A DNA stretch of 64,000 bases from Candidatus Eiseniibacteriota bacterium (GTDB taxonomy: Bacteria > Eisenbacteria > RBG-16-71-46 > CAIMUX01 > VGJL01). This document shows, in pieces, positions 40,865 through 49,652 of the stretch. The DNA is taken from contig CAWBWI010000001.1 in assembly GCA_963792585.1 (NCBI GenBank), forward strand, positions 832,001-896,000. Direction: 5' to 3'. The first letter of the stretch is position 1, and the number at the start of each line of letters is the position of its first letter. A model generated the notes under the pieces. It was given only the letters and a program-made list of their open reading frames with translations, had not been told where the DNA came from and did not search any database. The translations under genes were made by a program, and so were the position numbers.

Positions 40865-42945
40865 CGTCCTCTACCTCCTCGGGGACGTGGCTGTTTCGCG
40901 GATTTCCGGATCTTCGGCCTCCTTACACGATCGGCACCTGACCGGCCGGGCTTGACCCGGACCGTCTTCGCACCCGACTTCTTCCTCTTCCCCTTGCCCC
41001 CGGCGGGGCGACGCCCTGGCCGCTCCATACCGCCCGCCGCCTTGGAGACGAGGCGGAAGTCGAGTCTACGCTCCCGCAGGTCGACGCGCGCGAACTGGAT
41101 CTCGACGCGGTCTCCGAGACGCAACTCACCATGCGACCGAATGGCAACGAATGCCAGCCGTTCTTCTACGAATTCCATCCGTGGCTGAAGAGTGTCCCGG
41201 GGGACGAATCCTTCGACCGGCACGGATTCCAGCTCGACGAAGAAGCCCGCGGGCAGGCAACCGACGATGCGCCCCCACCCGGTCTCTCCGAGTCGCGACT
41301 CGGCCCAGCGAAGCGTCTTCAAGCGAAGGAGATCGCGCTCGGCCCTCTCAGCGGTGCGCTCGGTACGCGAGCACCCCTCTGCGAGGCCCACGGCCGTCGC
41401 CTGCATCCCGCGGATCTCCGTGGACCGATCGACCTTGGCGCGCGGGTGTCGAATCACCCAGCGCGCGAGCCGGTGATTGAAGAGGTCGGGATAGCGTCGG
41501 ATCGGGGAGGTGAAGTGGCAATACTGCTCGATCCCGAGTCCGAAATGGGCCAGGTCGATCGGGGAATAGACCGCCTGCTTCATGCTCCGCAGGAAGAACG
41601 AATGGAGAACCCGCGTCAGCGGAGACGGGGGCAGATCGGTCAGAAAGCGGCGAAGCGCAGGGATCCCGTCGAGGTCCTTCGTGCGCGCCGCCGGCAGAAT
41701 CGTCCGCACGATGTCCGCGAAGCGTCCCAGAGCCGCGGGATCGGGCTGTTCGTGGACTCGGTAGAGGAGGGGCAGCCCGTGATCGGTCAGGATCCGCCCG
41801 ACCACCTGGTTGGCGAGGATCATGAACTCCTCGATCAAACGGTTCGTCTCGAGGGTCTCGTGGCGCCAGATCGCGCTCGGGATTCCATCCGGGCCCAGAC
41901 GCATTTCCGCTTCCGGAAGCTCGAGATCGAAGCCGCCGACCGCGAAACGCCGCCGCCTCAGGATCTGGGCGAGATGGGCCATCTGGCGGAGCGATCCGCG
42001 CACCTCCGGATCGCCCTCGTCCCGCTCGAGCATCCGCTGGGCTTGCGCGTAGTGAAGGCGCGCCGAGCTGATGATGATCCCCTCACGCAGTTCTCCGCGG
42101 AGGAACTTCCCGTTCCCGTCGAGGTCGATCATCGCCGTCAGAACCCGCCGCTCCTCGCCGGGGACGAGGCTCGCCGCGCGCGTCGAAAGGGCCTCGGGCA
42201 GCATCGGGATCACGCCCCCCGGGAAGTAGACGCTGTTGCCCCTCATCGCGGCCTCGCGATCGAGCGGACCGTCGGGCTCCACGAACCAGGTGACATCGGC
42301 GATGTGCACCTGGAGGTGGAAGCCGCCTGCGTCTACCTGGAGGGAGACGGCATCGTCGAAGTCCTTCGCATCCTCGGGATCGATCGTCATGACGAGGCGG
42401 TCGGTGAAGTGCGTGCGGCGCGTACGATCCTGGGCGTCGGCCCTCTCCGCGCAGCGCACCGCCTCGTCGATCACCTCGTCCGGAAAGCGGCCGGGGAGCT
42501 GGTGGTGCGTGGCGACCACCATCGCGTCGAGTGACGGGTCCTCCGCATCTCCCAGGACCCTGATGAGCGTCGCGAGGAGGGGACGGTCCAGCGCCGAGTC
42601 CTCCACCCGGAAGAGGACTTTCGAACCGGCAGGAGCGCTGGCCGCGCCGCACTGGAGACGGATTCGGTCGGGGAGGATCGGCGTGTCGGGAATGACGAAC
42701 GTCGTCCGTGAGAGACGCGTCACGTTGCCGGTGAAGATCGGATGGGTGCGCTCGAGGATCCGCTCGACCACGGCCTCCGAGCGAAAATCCCGGGAGGTCC
42801 GCCGGATGAGGGTCGCTTCCACCCGGTCGCCGTGGATCGCTCCCCCGAGCCGCTCGGCGGAGATGTAGACTTCCTCGCCACCGTCGTCGGGCTTCAGGAA
42901 CGCGAAGCCCTGTCGCGTGCCACGGATCAGACCCTGGACGGTCAC
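40861..42945 (-). CDS. rnr: Ribonuclease R (RNB family)
   Basis: Cold-shock domains (GFAFL, AIHGDRV), TIDPEDAKDFDDA, IEEFMILAN, HFTSPIRRYPDL, S1 domain and basic tail. Confidence 0.93.
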   Translation of the reverse strand: MTVQGLIRGTRQGFAFLKPDDGGEEVYISAERLGGAIHGDRVEATLIRRTSRDFRSEAVVERILERTHPIFTGNVTRLSRTTFVIPDTPILPDRIRLQCGAASAPAGSKVLFRVEDSALDRPLLATLIRVLGDAEDPSLDAMVVATHHQLPGRFPDEVIDEAVRCAERADAQDRTRRTHFTDRLVMTIDPEDAKDFDDAVSLQVDAGGFHLQVHIADVTWFVEPDGPLDREAAMRGNSVYFPGGVIPMLPEALSTRAASLVPGEERRVLTAMIDLDGNGKFLRGELREGIIISSARLHYAQAQRMLERDEGDPEVRGSLRQMAHLAQILRRRRFAVGGFDLELPEAEMRLGPDGIPSAIWRHETLETNRLIEEFMILANQVVGRILTDHGLPLLYRVHEQPDPAALGRFADIVRTILPAARTKDLDGIPALRRFLTDLPPSPLTRVLHSFFLRSMKQAVYSPIDLAHFGLGIEQYCHFTSPIRRYPDLFNHRLARWVIRHPRAKVDRSTEIRGMQATAVGLAEGCSRTERTAERAERDLLRLKTLRWAESRLGETGWGRIVGCLPAGFFVELESVPVEGFVPRDTLQPRMEFVEERLAFVAIRSHGELRLGDRVEIQFARVDLRERRLDFRLVSKAAGGMERPGRRPAGGKGKRKKSGAKTVRVKPGRSGADRVRRPKIRKSAKQPRPRGGRGR

Positions 42946-42975
42946 GAGGCGACCAACCCTTCCGCGGGGCGATGG

Positions 42976-43016
42976 AACAAGAGAAGCTCCGGGGTCCGAC
43001 GCAAGGACCCCGGAGC
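42976..43016 (-). terminator. Intrinsic terminator after the bS22 gene
   Basis: 12-bp stem GCTCCGGGGTCC/GGACCCCGGAGC followed on the minus strand by TTCTCTTGTT. Confidence 0.7.
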
Positions 43017-43053
43017 CGAAAACATGGCGCCCACGCTGAGGAGAATCAGCCTT

Positions 43054-43149
43054 CTAGCGAATGCGCTTCTTGTGGCGATTCTTGCGGAGCCGCTTCTTCC
43101 GCTTGTGCGTCGCGATCTTCTTTCTCTTCCGCTTCTTCCCACAACCCAT
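43054..43149 (-). CDS. 30S ribosomal protein bS22-like (AURKAIP1/COX24 family), 31 aa
   Basis: Manual translation MGCGKKRKRKKIATHKRKKRLRKNRHKKRIR; RBS-like GAAAGGA upstream; own promoter and terminator; absent from the ORF track. Confidence 0.88.
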   Translation of the reverse strand: MGCGKKRKRKKIATHKRKKRLRKNRHKKRIR

Positions 43150-43246
43150 CGAGACGTGGTCCTTTCCCAATTGACAACCCGTGGGCCGCCGTACGTGCGC
43201 CCCACCGGGTGCGGAACGGCCCCTACCTTATTCTCAAGACTTACGC

Positions 43247-43276
43247 AGTCTACCAACCGCCCACGAGGGGTGTCAA
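43247..43276 (-). promoter_or_regulatory. sigma70 promoter for the bS22 gene
   Basis: Minus strand TTGACA-N18-TAGACT with extended -10 TG. Confidence 0.7.
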
Positions 43277-43290
43277 CGCTCGGGGGGCGA

Positions 43291-46200
43291 TCATCGAACC
43301 ACTGCCAGCCGCTCGATCCGGCTCTCCCGCGCCCCCTCATCATCCCGGAGGGTCACCTTGTAGAAGTAAACGCCGTTTGCCAGAGGGTCGCCGTCCTCGT
43401 CCCGGCCGTCCCAACGGATGCCCTCGGCGGCCGCCACTGCAGGTTGGATCGCCGACGGGGTGCGGATCGTGCGGATCGTGCGGCCGCTCGATGTGAAGAC
43501 CCGAATCTCGACCAGGGCTGGGCGGTTGACCTCCATGAAGAAGGTCGTGGCCCCCTCGGTTGGATTCGGCACGTTGTAGACCCGCGCGAAATCGAGGCCG
43601 GAGGTGCCGGTGCCCCGCAGGCGGAACTCGACCGCCGAAGAGCCCCGATGATCGCGATTGTCGGAGGCCTCGAGCGTCAGCCGATAGCGGACGCCTGGCT
43701 GCAAGGTCGAAGGGAGCCCGAACTCGACCGTCCCGCTCGATGGCCCGCTCGGGAAAGCGACTCCGGCGGCGAGGTCCTCGAGGTGGACGATGCGACTCCC
43801 CTCCTCGATGCGCAAGAGAACGGATCGGCTGGGGACGAGCTGCGTGATGTTGATCCCGCTCGTGTCCTCCATCGTCGCCTGCCAGCGGGCATCGGCCGGT
43901 ACCGCGTCGAGGTCGGCGACCAGGAGCGGGCGAACGGTGATCGCCGGCCCATCCTGATCGAGGGACGTCTCAGGCGCGATCTCCGGCACGATGATTTCCG
44001 TGAGGGCGCCGATCGCCTCCACGGCCGCTGCATCGTCCGCGTAGGCGTAGACGGCCGCGAAGCCGCGGGGCCCCGTACGCAATGCCGACGGGGCAATGAG
44101 CGAAAGGTCGAACTGCCCGTTGGTCACATCGGTCGTGCCGCGGAAGATCGGCGAACCGGTCAGGTTGTAGACGACGTTCCCCTGCCCGGGTTCTCCCACC
44201 ACCTCGCGCTGAATCTCCGAGTCGTAGAGCTCGATCCGAACCGAGCCCGTGTAGTCCGCACGAACTGCGCCCGCGTCGTCGACGATCTCGCCGTGGAGAT
44301 TCGCGCGCCCCCCGCGGTACAAGGTGTCGGGACTCGCGACGCCGCCTCCGCGCAGGCCCCGTAACGTCATCGCGCAACGCAGCCGCGGCGTGCCAAGGGC
44401 GATGACCGGCTCCCCGAGCAGCGGATAGCGACGGTTGTTCAGGGCCGCTGGATTCCCGACACTGGCCTTGGCCATGACGGTTGCGGTCCCGAGGGGAACC
44501 GAATTCAGGACGTCGCGATCGGGCCAGACCGCCGTGAAGAAGGCGCGATTCAGTTCGGCATTGGCGCCGGAGAAGGCGACCGCGGTGGCGGAGAGGACAC
44601 CTATCGCTCCCCCTCGCGGCTGGCGCACGAGGGCTTCGCCGAGACCGGTTCCCGCGAAATTGAATTTCCCTACGGAGCACGACGCGGTCAGGAAGAAAAA
44701 GAGATGATCCCGGTTCGTCATGCTCCCGACACCTGACGTCTCGAGGACACGTTCGTCTGCGAGTTGCCCTTCGCTGCCGTGCCCCGTGTAATTGACGACG
44801 AGGGTTCCATCGTCGATCAACTCGCGAAGCGCCGCCGCCGAAGCCGGCTTGCGGTCATAGAGACACTCGCTCCCGAACTCGTAGAGATAGACGCGGTCGC
44901 GTCGAAGTTCCACCGGAAGCAGGTCGGCGAGCGACTCCGTTTGTCGCATGTGCGTGAATCCGAGCGCGTCCTTCGACAGGCCCTGACAGATGTCGTCCGC
45001 CACGAGGGTGAAGCGCTGGCGCCAGGAGCCCGTCGCCTGGCGGGACTCGTAGTCGATCACCTTCTCGACCAGAGCGGTCGCCGCGGAGGGGCTGTCGGCG
45101 GGAAGCCTGCCGGGCGCCATGTCCAGGCTGCCGTCCGGCAGTGGATCGAAAAGAACGTACCAATCGTCCGTCCCGAACTGCGGTTGATAGATCGAGTGCC
45201 GCAGGACGGGATCGTAGTAGCCCTCATAGGTCGGCACGGTCACGCTGGCGCCCTGTTGCAGGCGATTGCGGAAGTCGAAGCTCGCGTCGCCGAGGAAGAC
45301 GACATAGGTCGGACGGTGCGTCGGATCGCCCCCGTTCCAGCGCTCGTACGTCCATCGAAGGAAGTTGCGGATCGCCGTGGGATCGACCCTCCCCGCCGAG
45401 AACTCGTCATAGACATCCTGAACGTCGACGACCGCCACGCGGAGGCCCTGCCCGTCGGGTCCGTGGGCGGTCCGCCAGTCCGCCAAGGTCTGAGCGGCAT
45501 CGAGGAAGTTCCGATGGGTGATCAGGATGTAGTCGACCGCAGCCGTCCGATCCCTCAAGTAGCCCCCGACAGGGGGATCGTCGACCGAGATGCGGGGACG
45601 CGCGGCGTGATCCACGGCCACCACACGGAGGTGGCGCAGGCGGTCGGCGTCGCCATCGGTCTGCCATGTAGCGCTTCGCAGTCCGCCGCTGGTGTCGTAT
45701 CGAGGGGCGATCTCGACCGTCCGCCGCGGGTCCGTCACATCGAGGACGCGCACGTTTCCCGCGACACTCAACCCGTTCACGGCGAACGCCCGCGGCGAAA
45801 GTGCGGGCTCGATCCAGAAGTCGATGCTGTCGCCGCGCGCCACGAGGTTGCGCCGGTAGTCGAGTTCGAACCAGCCGAGGTACTGGCGGTCCGTCGTCAC
45901 GTCCGACGTGTCTCCGCGGAACGGCACCTGAATGCCGAGAACCTGATCGTCACCCACCAGCCGCAGACCCGGCACCACGACGTCCCGGTGGATCAAGTCA
46001 TCCCACAGGCGTTCCGCAATCGGGGTCCCGTTGATGTCGATACGAACCAGGTGGTCCTGAACCCGGCCGGAGAAGACGTAGCTTCCCCCCCACATCCGGA
46101 GTCGGAGGTTCGCATCCCCGTCCGGGAGGGGATCGGGCACCAGGAATGGGAGCTGGGAACGCGTGTTGCCGCGGCTCGCGATGATCTCCAGCCAGTGCCA

Positions 46201-47376
46201 CTTCTCCCATGCCGGGAGCGTATCGGGATAGGGCGGCTGCTGCCCGGTCACCGTTCTCGGCCGGGCATCCCAGAGAAGGTCCTTCTCGTAGTGGACGCGG
46301 TTGAGCGCGCTCGTCTCGGGCGTCAGGTTCACATTCGATCCATCCACCACGCCCCAGCGCCGCGGGTCGCCCTCGAAGGTGCCCCACGCGAGCCAGTAGG
46401 TGTTGACGTTCGAGAAATCGTCCTCCAGATAGCGCTCGTGCTTCGCGTCCGGCAGCCCGAAGTCGGCATACCATCCGTCGGGCCCGACGGCATGGAACAG
46501 GATTCGGTCCTGCGGATCGAAGGCGCCGTCGGCACTCCCCTCCAGTCGGATGGCGACCTCGGAGAGTTCCGACGGGAGGTCGAAGACCGAGTCGGTCTCG
46601 CGCAGGCACACGCCGGTCCCGGAGAAAAGCCGCAAGGAGTCGGGTGCAATGGTCCCGAGATCGATCCCGGCTGTCTGGAGATCGGTCCCCCTGATCGCGA
46701 AGAGGCCTCCGTGCGAGACCTCGACCCGAACCCAAGGGCTCGTGGTGCTCCAGAAGCTCTCGCCTTGAAGCCGGCGGGGACGCGCGGCCTCGCGCCTCCA
46801 GGAGCGCGCTTGATCGTAGTTGACGAGGAGGGCGCTGTAGACCTTCTCCCATGCAGCGTCCGTGGACCGAATCCCCGCGCCGGAACGGCTCCCGGAGAAA
46901 CGAACGAGCACGCGCACGGCCGTTTCCACCGTCGCCTCGCGCGACTTCCGAACGATCGGAGTCCAGGAGACGGGAACGACCCGCTGATCCCGCATCCACT
47001 GCAATGCCCCGAGCTCGACGGACCGTTCCGGCAGGCCGGCGGAGGCGGGCGGTGTCCGATCCCCGAGATCCAACGGCCTGCCGTCGAGGGTTTCGTACGA
47101 AACCGACGTCTCCCCCTCGGGAGGGATTCCCAACCAGACCGTACGGACGGGGAGTTGCCATCCGTCGACAGAGGCGATCGAGGCGAGCCCCGCCCACTCG
47201 ATGCTGGACGGCTCCCCCGCCCGCTCCACGAGCCGGGGCTCTCCGGCCGGCGCGGTCAGGACGAAACGAACGCCATCGGGCAGGATCTCGACCTGAGAGA
47301 CTCCGTCCGGCGCGGCGATTGCCTGCCCCACGCCCGTGAACAGGATGGCAAGCCAGACGGCCATGCGCCCGGCCAT
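43291..47376 (-). CDS. porU: PorU-like C25 (gingipain family) cysteine peptidase/sortase with FlgD-Ig C-terminal domain
   Basis: DYILIT, VYDEFSAG..DPTAIRNFL, LGDASFD, GRLP, NYTGHGS (His), TASCSVGKF (Cys), LLGEP; tail VYNVPNP...WDGRDEDGDPLANGVYFYKV. Confidence 0.82.
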   Translation of the reverse strand: MAGRMAVWLAILFTGVGQAIAAPDGVSQVEILPDGVRFVLTAPAGEPRLVERAGEPSSIEWAGLASIASVDGWQLPVRTVWLGIPPEGETSVSYETLDGRPLDLGDRTPPASAGLPERSVELGALQWMRDQRVVPVSWTPIVRKSREATVETAVRVLVRFSGSRSGAGIRSTDAAWEKVYSALLVNYDQARSWRREAARPRRLQGESFWSTTSPWVRVEVSHGGLFAIRGTDLQTAGIDLGTIAPDSLRLFSGTGVCLRETDSVFDLPSELSEVAIRLEGSADGAFDPQDRILFHAVGPDGWYADFGLPDAKHERYLEDDFSNVNTYWLAWGTFEGDPRRWGVVDGSNVNLTPETSALNRVHYEKDLLWDARPRTVTGQQPPYPDTLPAWEKWHWLEIIASRGNTRSQLPFLVPDPLPDGDANLRLRMWGGSYVFSGRVQDHLVRIDINGTPIAERLWDDLIHRDVVVPGLRLVGDDQVLGIQVPFRGDTSDVTTDRQYLGWFELDYRRNLVARGDSIDFWIEPALSPRAFAVNGLSVAGNVRVLDVTDPRRTVEIAPRYDTSGGLRSATWQTDGDADRLRHLRVVAVDHAARPRISVDDPPVGGYLRDRTAAVDYILITHRNFLDAAQTLADWRTAHGPDGQGLRVAVVDVQDVYDEFSAGRVDPTAIRNFLRWTYERWNGGDPTHRPTYVVFLGDASFDFRNRLQQGASVTVPTYEGYYDPVLRHSIYQPQFGTDDWYVLFDPLPDGSLDMAPGRLPADSPSAATALVEKVIDYESRQATGSWRQRFTLVADDICQGLSKDALGFTHMRQTESLADLLPVELRRDRVYLYEFGSECLYDRKPASAAALRELIDDGTLVVNYTGHGSEGQLADERVLETSGVGSMTNRDHLFFFLTASCSVGKFNFAGTGLGEALVRQPRGGAIGVLSATAVAFSGANAELNRAFFTAVWPDRDVLNSVPLGTATVMAKASVGNPAALNNRRYPLLGEPVIALGTPRLRCAMTLRGLRGGGVASPDTLYRGGRANLHGEIVDDAGAVRADYTGSVRIELYDSEIQREVVGEPGQGNVVYNLTGSPIFRGTTDVTNGQFDLSLIAPSALRTGPRGFAAVYAYADDAAAVEAIGALTEIIVPEIAPETSLDQDGPAITVRPLLVADLDAVPADARWQATMEDTSGINITQLVPSRSVLLRIEEGSRIVHLEDLAAGVAFPSGPSSGTVEFGLPSTLQPGVRYRLTLEASDNRDHRGSSAVEFRLRGTGTSGLDFARVYNVPNPTEGATTFFMEVNRPALVEIRVFTSSGRTIRTIRTPSAIQPAVAAAEGIRWDGRDEDGDPLANGVYFYKVTLRDDEGARESRIERLAVVR

Positions 47377-47392
47377 TCGGTTTCCGCGCGCC

Positions 47393-47581
47393 TCAGTCTG
47401 TAGTCTTCGGGACCGCATCGAACCTCTCCGCTTCCTCGATCAGCATGATCGGAATGTCGTCCTGAACCGGATAGCGGAGCCGGCATGCGTGGCAGATCAG
47501 CCGCGCGTTGGCCGTGTCGTACTCGAGGTCCCCCTTGCACTGGGGGCAGACCAGGATTTCCAGGAGTTCCTTCGAAAGCAT
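47393..47581 (-). CDS. Trm112/YcaR-family small protein
   Basis: [19 protein letters not shown]...LICHAC...[11 protein letters not shown]. Confidence 0.92.
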   Translation of the reverse strand: MLSKELLEILVCPQCKGDLEYDTANARLICHACRLRYPVQDDIPIMLIEEAERFDAVPKTTD

Positions 47582-47626
47582 CGCTCTCTCTCCCCGGGCT
47601 GGAAGCCCCATGGAACGTGTCCTGAC

Positions 47627-47655
47627 ACCGTATCAACCTGTTCGATAGGGGTCAA
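47627..47655 (-). promoter_or_regulatory. Putative sigma70 promoter for trm112-porU
   Basis: Minus strand TTGACC-N17-TACGGT with extended -10 TG. Confidence 0.55.
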
Positions 47656-48665
47656 CGCGCCGCGACGGCATCCGGTTCCCCTTTCGGCACCGAATTCGGG
47701 GGTTCAGTGCGCCACGTCAAGAGCCTCCGCAGGGGCCCCCTCTCGAAAACCCTCGGAAAGAGCACGAACCCGACCAAGGCGTCGGCCGCCACGACGTAGA
47801 GCACCGCGAGGAGAATATCGATCAGATAGTGGTGGTTCAGATAGACGGCCGAGCACCAGACTCCGAGTGGAAAGAGCGCGACGGGCAGGGCGCGCCTGCC
47901 GAAGCGCCGCAGCGCGTGGATCAGGATCAACAAGGGGAAGGCGCTGTGGAGGGAGGGTATTGCCGCGAACTTGTTCGGGTTCAGGTGACGGTAGACGCTT
48001 TCGAAGAGGGGGATGCCTATCCAGCGGTCGGTGGCCACGAGGTTCCCCGCGCCCGCCCCCTTGAATCCCGCCTCGGGTTGCACGAAGCCGAAATCCCGGA
48101 TGTACCAGGGCGGCGCCGCGGGATAGGCGAAGTAGGTGGCGAAACTCGCCCAGGTGACGATGGAGAAGGGGACCACGAAGCGCCAGTAGGCCCGCCGATC
48201 CCGCATGGTGTGCCACAGGATCCACGCCAACACGAGGGGCGCCGCCATGTGCATCGCGTAGAAGCCGGATGCGGCGGCGTCGAGGGTCCCTCCGAGGAAG
48301 GATCCTTCGATCTTCTGGCGCCAATCGAGCACGGCGAAGTTCGGAATCCGTCCTCCGCCGAGCCAGCCGAAGAGCGAGAGCTCGAGTCGATATGGGCCGA
48401 GGATGTGGATCCGTCCGGCCAGGTCGTCCACGATCCCGCGCATGAAGTCGTAGGCGATCCAGAGTGCGATGAAGGGCGACCAGTCGACGAGGAATCGACG
48501 GGCGTTCTTCAGCACCAAGGCTACGATGAGGAGCGACAGGAAGGCGTGGTCGGGCCGCACCTTCATCAGATTGTCGATCTGGACAAAGTAGACGACTACG
48601 AGCAGGAGAACCGCGAGGCGCCAGAATCCGCCCCGCTCCCACTTCCCGGAACCCGACACCGCCAT
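47652..48665 (-). CDS. PAP2-superfamily Aur1/inositol-phosphorylceramide-synthase-like membrane protein
   Basis: YPAAPPWY, FAAIPSLHSA and VYLNHHYLID motifs; multiple TM helices. Confidence 0.85.
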   Translation of the reverse strand: MAVSGSGKWERGGFWRLAVLLLVVVYFVQIDNLMKVRPDHAFLSLLIVALVLKNARRFLVDWSPFIALWIAYDFMRGIVDDLAGRIHILGPYRLELSLFGWLGGGRIPNFAVLDWRQKIEGSFLGGTLDAAASGFYAMHMAAPLVLAWILWHTMRDRRAYWRFVVPFSIVTWASFATYFAYPAAPPWYIRDFGFVQPEAGFKGAGAGNLVATDRWIGIPLFESVYRHLNPNKFAAIPSLHSAFPLLILIHALRRFGRRALPVALFPLGVWCSAVYLNHHYLIDILLAVLYVVAADALVGFVLFPRVFERGPLRRLLTWRTEPPNSVPKGEPDAVAAR

Positions 48666-48670
48666 CGACG

Positions 48671-49633
48671 CTAGCCGTTCTCCGCGAAGACGCCCATGTT
48701 CAGGTAGATTTTGTGGCGCTTCTCGATCAGTTCATCGGCCGGCACCGCGCAGAGCCGGTCCAGACTCTGCCGGATCTCGCCTTGCAGCGTCGCCGCCATC
48801 GTCTCCAGATCGCGGTGGGCTCCCCCGAGGGGCTCGGGCACGATGCGCGTGATCAGATCCAGAGACTTCAGGTCCTTCGCGGTCAATCGAAGGGCCTCGG
48901 CCGCGTCGGCGGCCTTCGCCTGGTCCTTCCATAGGATTGCGGCGCATCCCTCGGGGGAGATCACCGAGTAGATCGAGTTCTCGAACATCAAGACCTCGTC
49001 CCCGATGGCGATCGCGAGCGCTCCGCCCGAGCCGCCTTCCCCGATGATCAGCACCAGAACGGGGGTGCGTAGCGAGGCCATGTCGCGGATGTTCCGGGCG
49101 ATCGCCTCCGCCTGTCCACGCTCCTCGGCACCGACCCCGGGATAGGCGCCGGGCGTGTCGATGAAGGTGATGACCGGGTTGTGGAACTTCTCGGCGAGCC
49201 GCATCGCCCGCATCGCCTTCCGATAGCCTTCGGGGTGCGGCATGCCGAAGTTGCGCTGGAGGTTCTCCTTCGTGTTGCGCCCCTTCTGGTGGCCGATGAG
49301 CACGACCGGCCGTCCCTCGAAGTGGGCCAATCCGCAGATGATGGCCTTGTCGTCTCGGAAGAGGCGGTCGCCGTGGATCTCGGTCCAGTCGGTGAAGAGC
49401 CTGGGTATGTAGTCGAGGGCGTAGGGCCGCCGCGGATGACGCGCGATCTGGACGCGTTGCCACGAGGTGAGGTTTGCGTAGATCTCGTCCTTCAGGTGCG
49501 CTGCTTTGGCCTCCAGCTTCTGCAGCTCATCGCTGAACTCGAGATGCTCTTTGTCGGCAAAGAGCCGCAGGTCCTCGATCTTCTGTTCGAGCTCGATGAT
49601 CGGTTTCTCGAACTCGAGCCAGCCGCTCTCCAT
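48671..49633 (-). CDS. accA: Acetyl-CoA carboxylase carboxyltransferase alpha subunit
   Basis: LEFEKP, ARHPRRP, RNFGMPHPEGYRKA, IDTPGAYPG, GEGGSGGAL, SVISPEGCAAIL. Confidence 0.97.
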   Translation of the reverse strand: MESGWLEFEKPIIELEQKIEDLRLFADKEHLEFSDELQKLEAKAAHLKDEIYANLTSWQRVQIARHPRRPYALDYIPRLFTDWTEIHGDRLFRDDKAIICGLAHFEGRPVVLIGHQKGRNTKENLQRNFGMPHPEGYRKAMRAMRLAEKFHNPVITFIDTPGAYPGVGAEERGQAEAIARNIRDMASLRTPVLVLIIGEGGSGGALAIAIGDEVLMFENSIYSVISPEGCAAILWKDQAKAADAAEALRLTAKDLKSLDLITRIVPEPLGGAHRDLETMAATLQGEIRQSLDRLCAVPADELIEKRHKIYLNMGVFAENG

Positions 49634-49652
49634 GCTTCCTCCTCCGCTGCGG

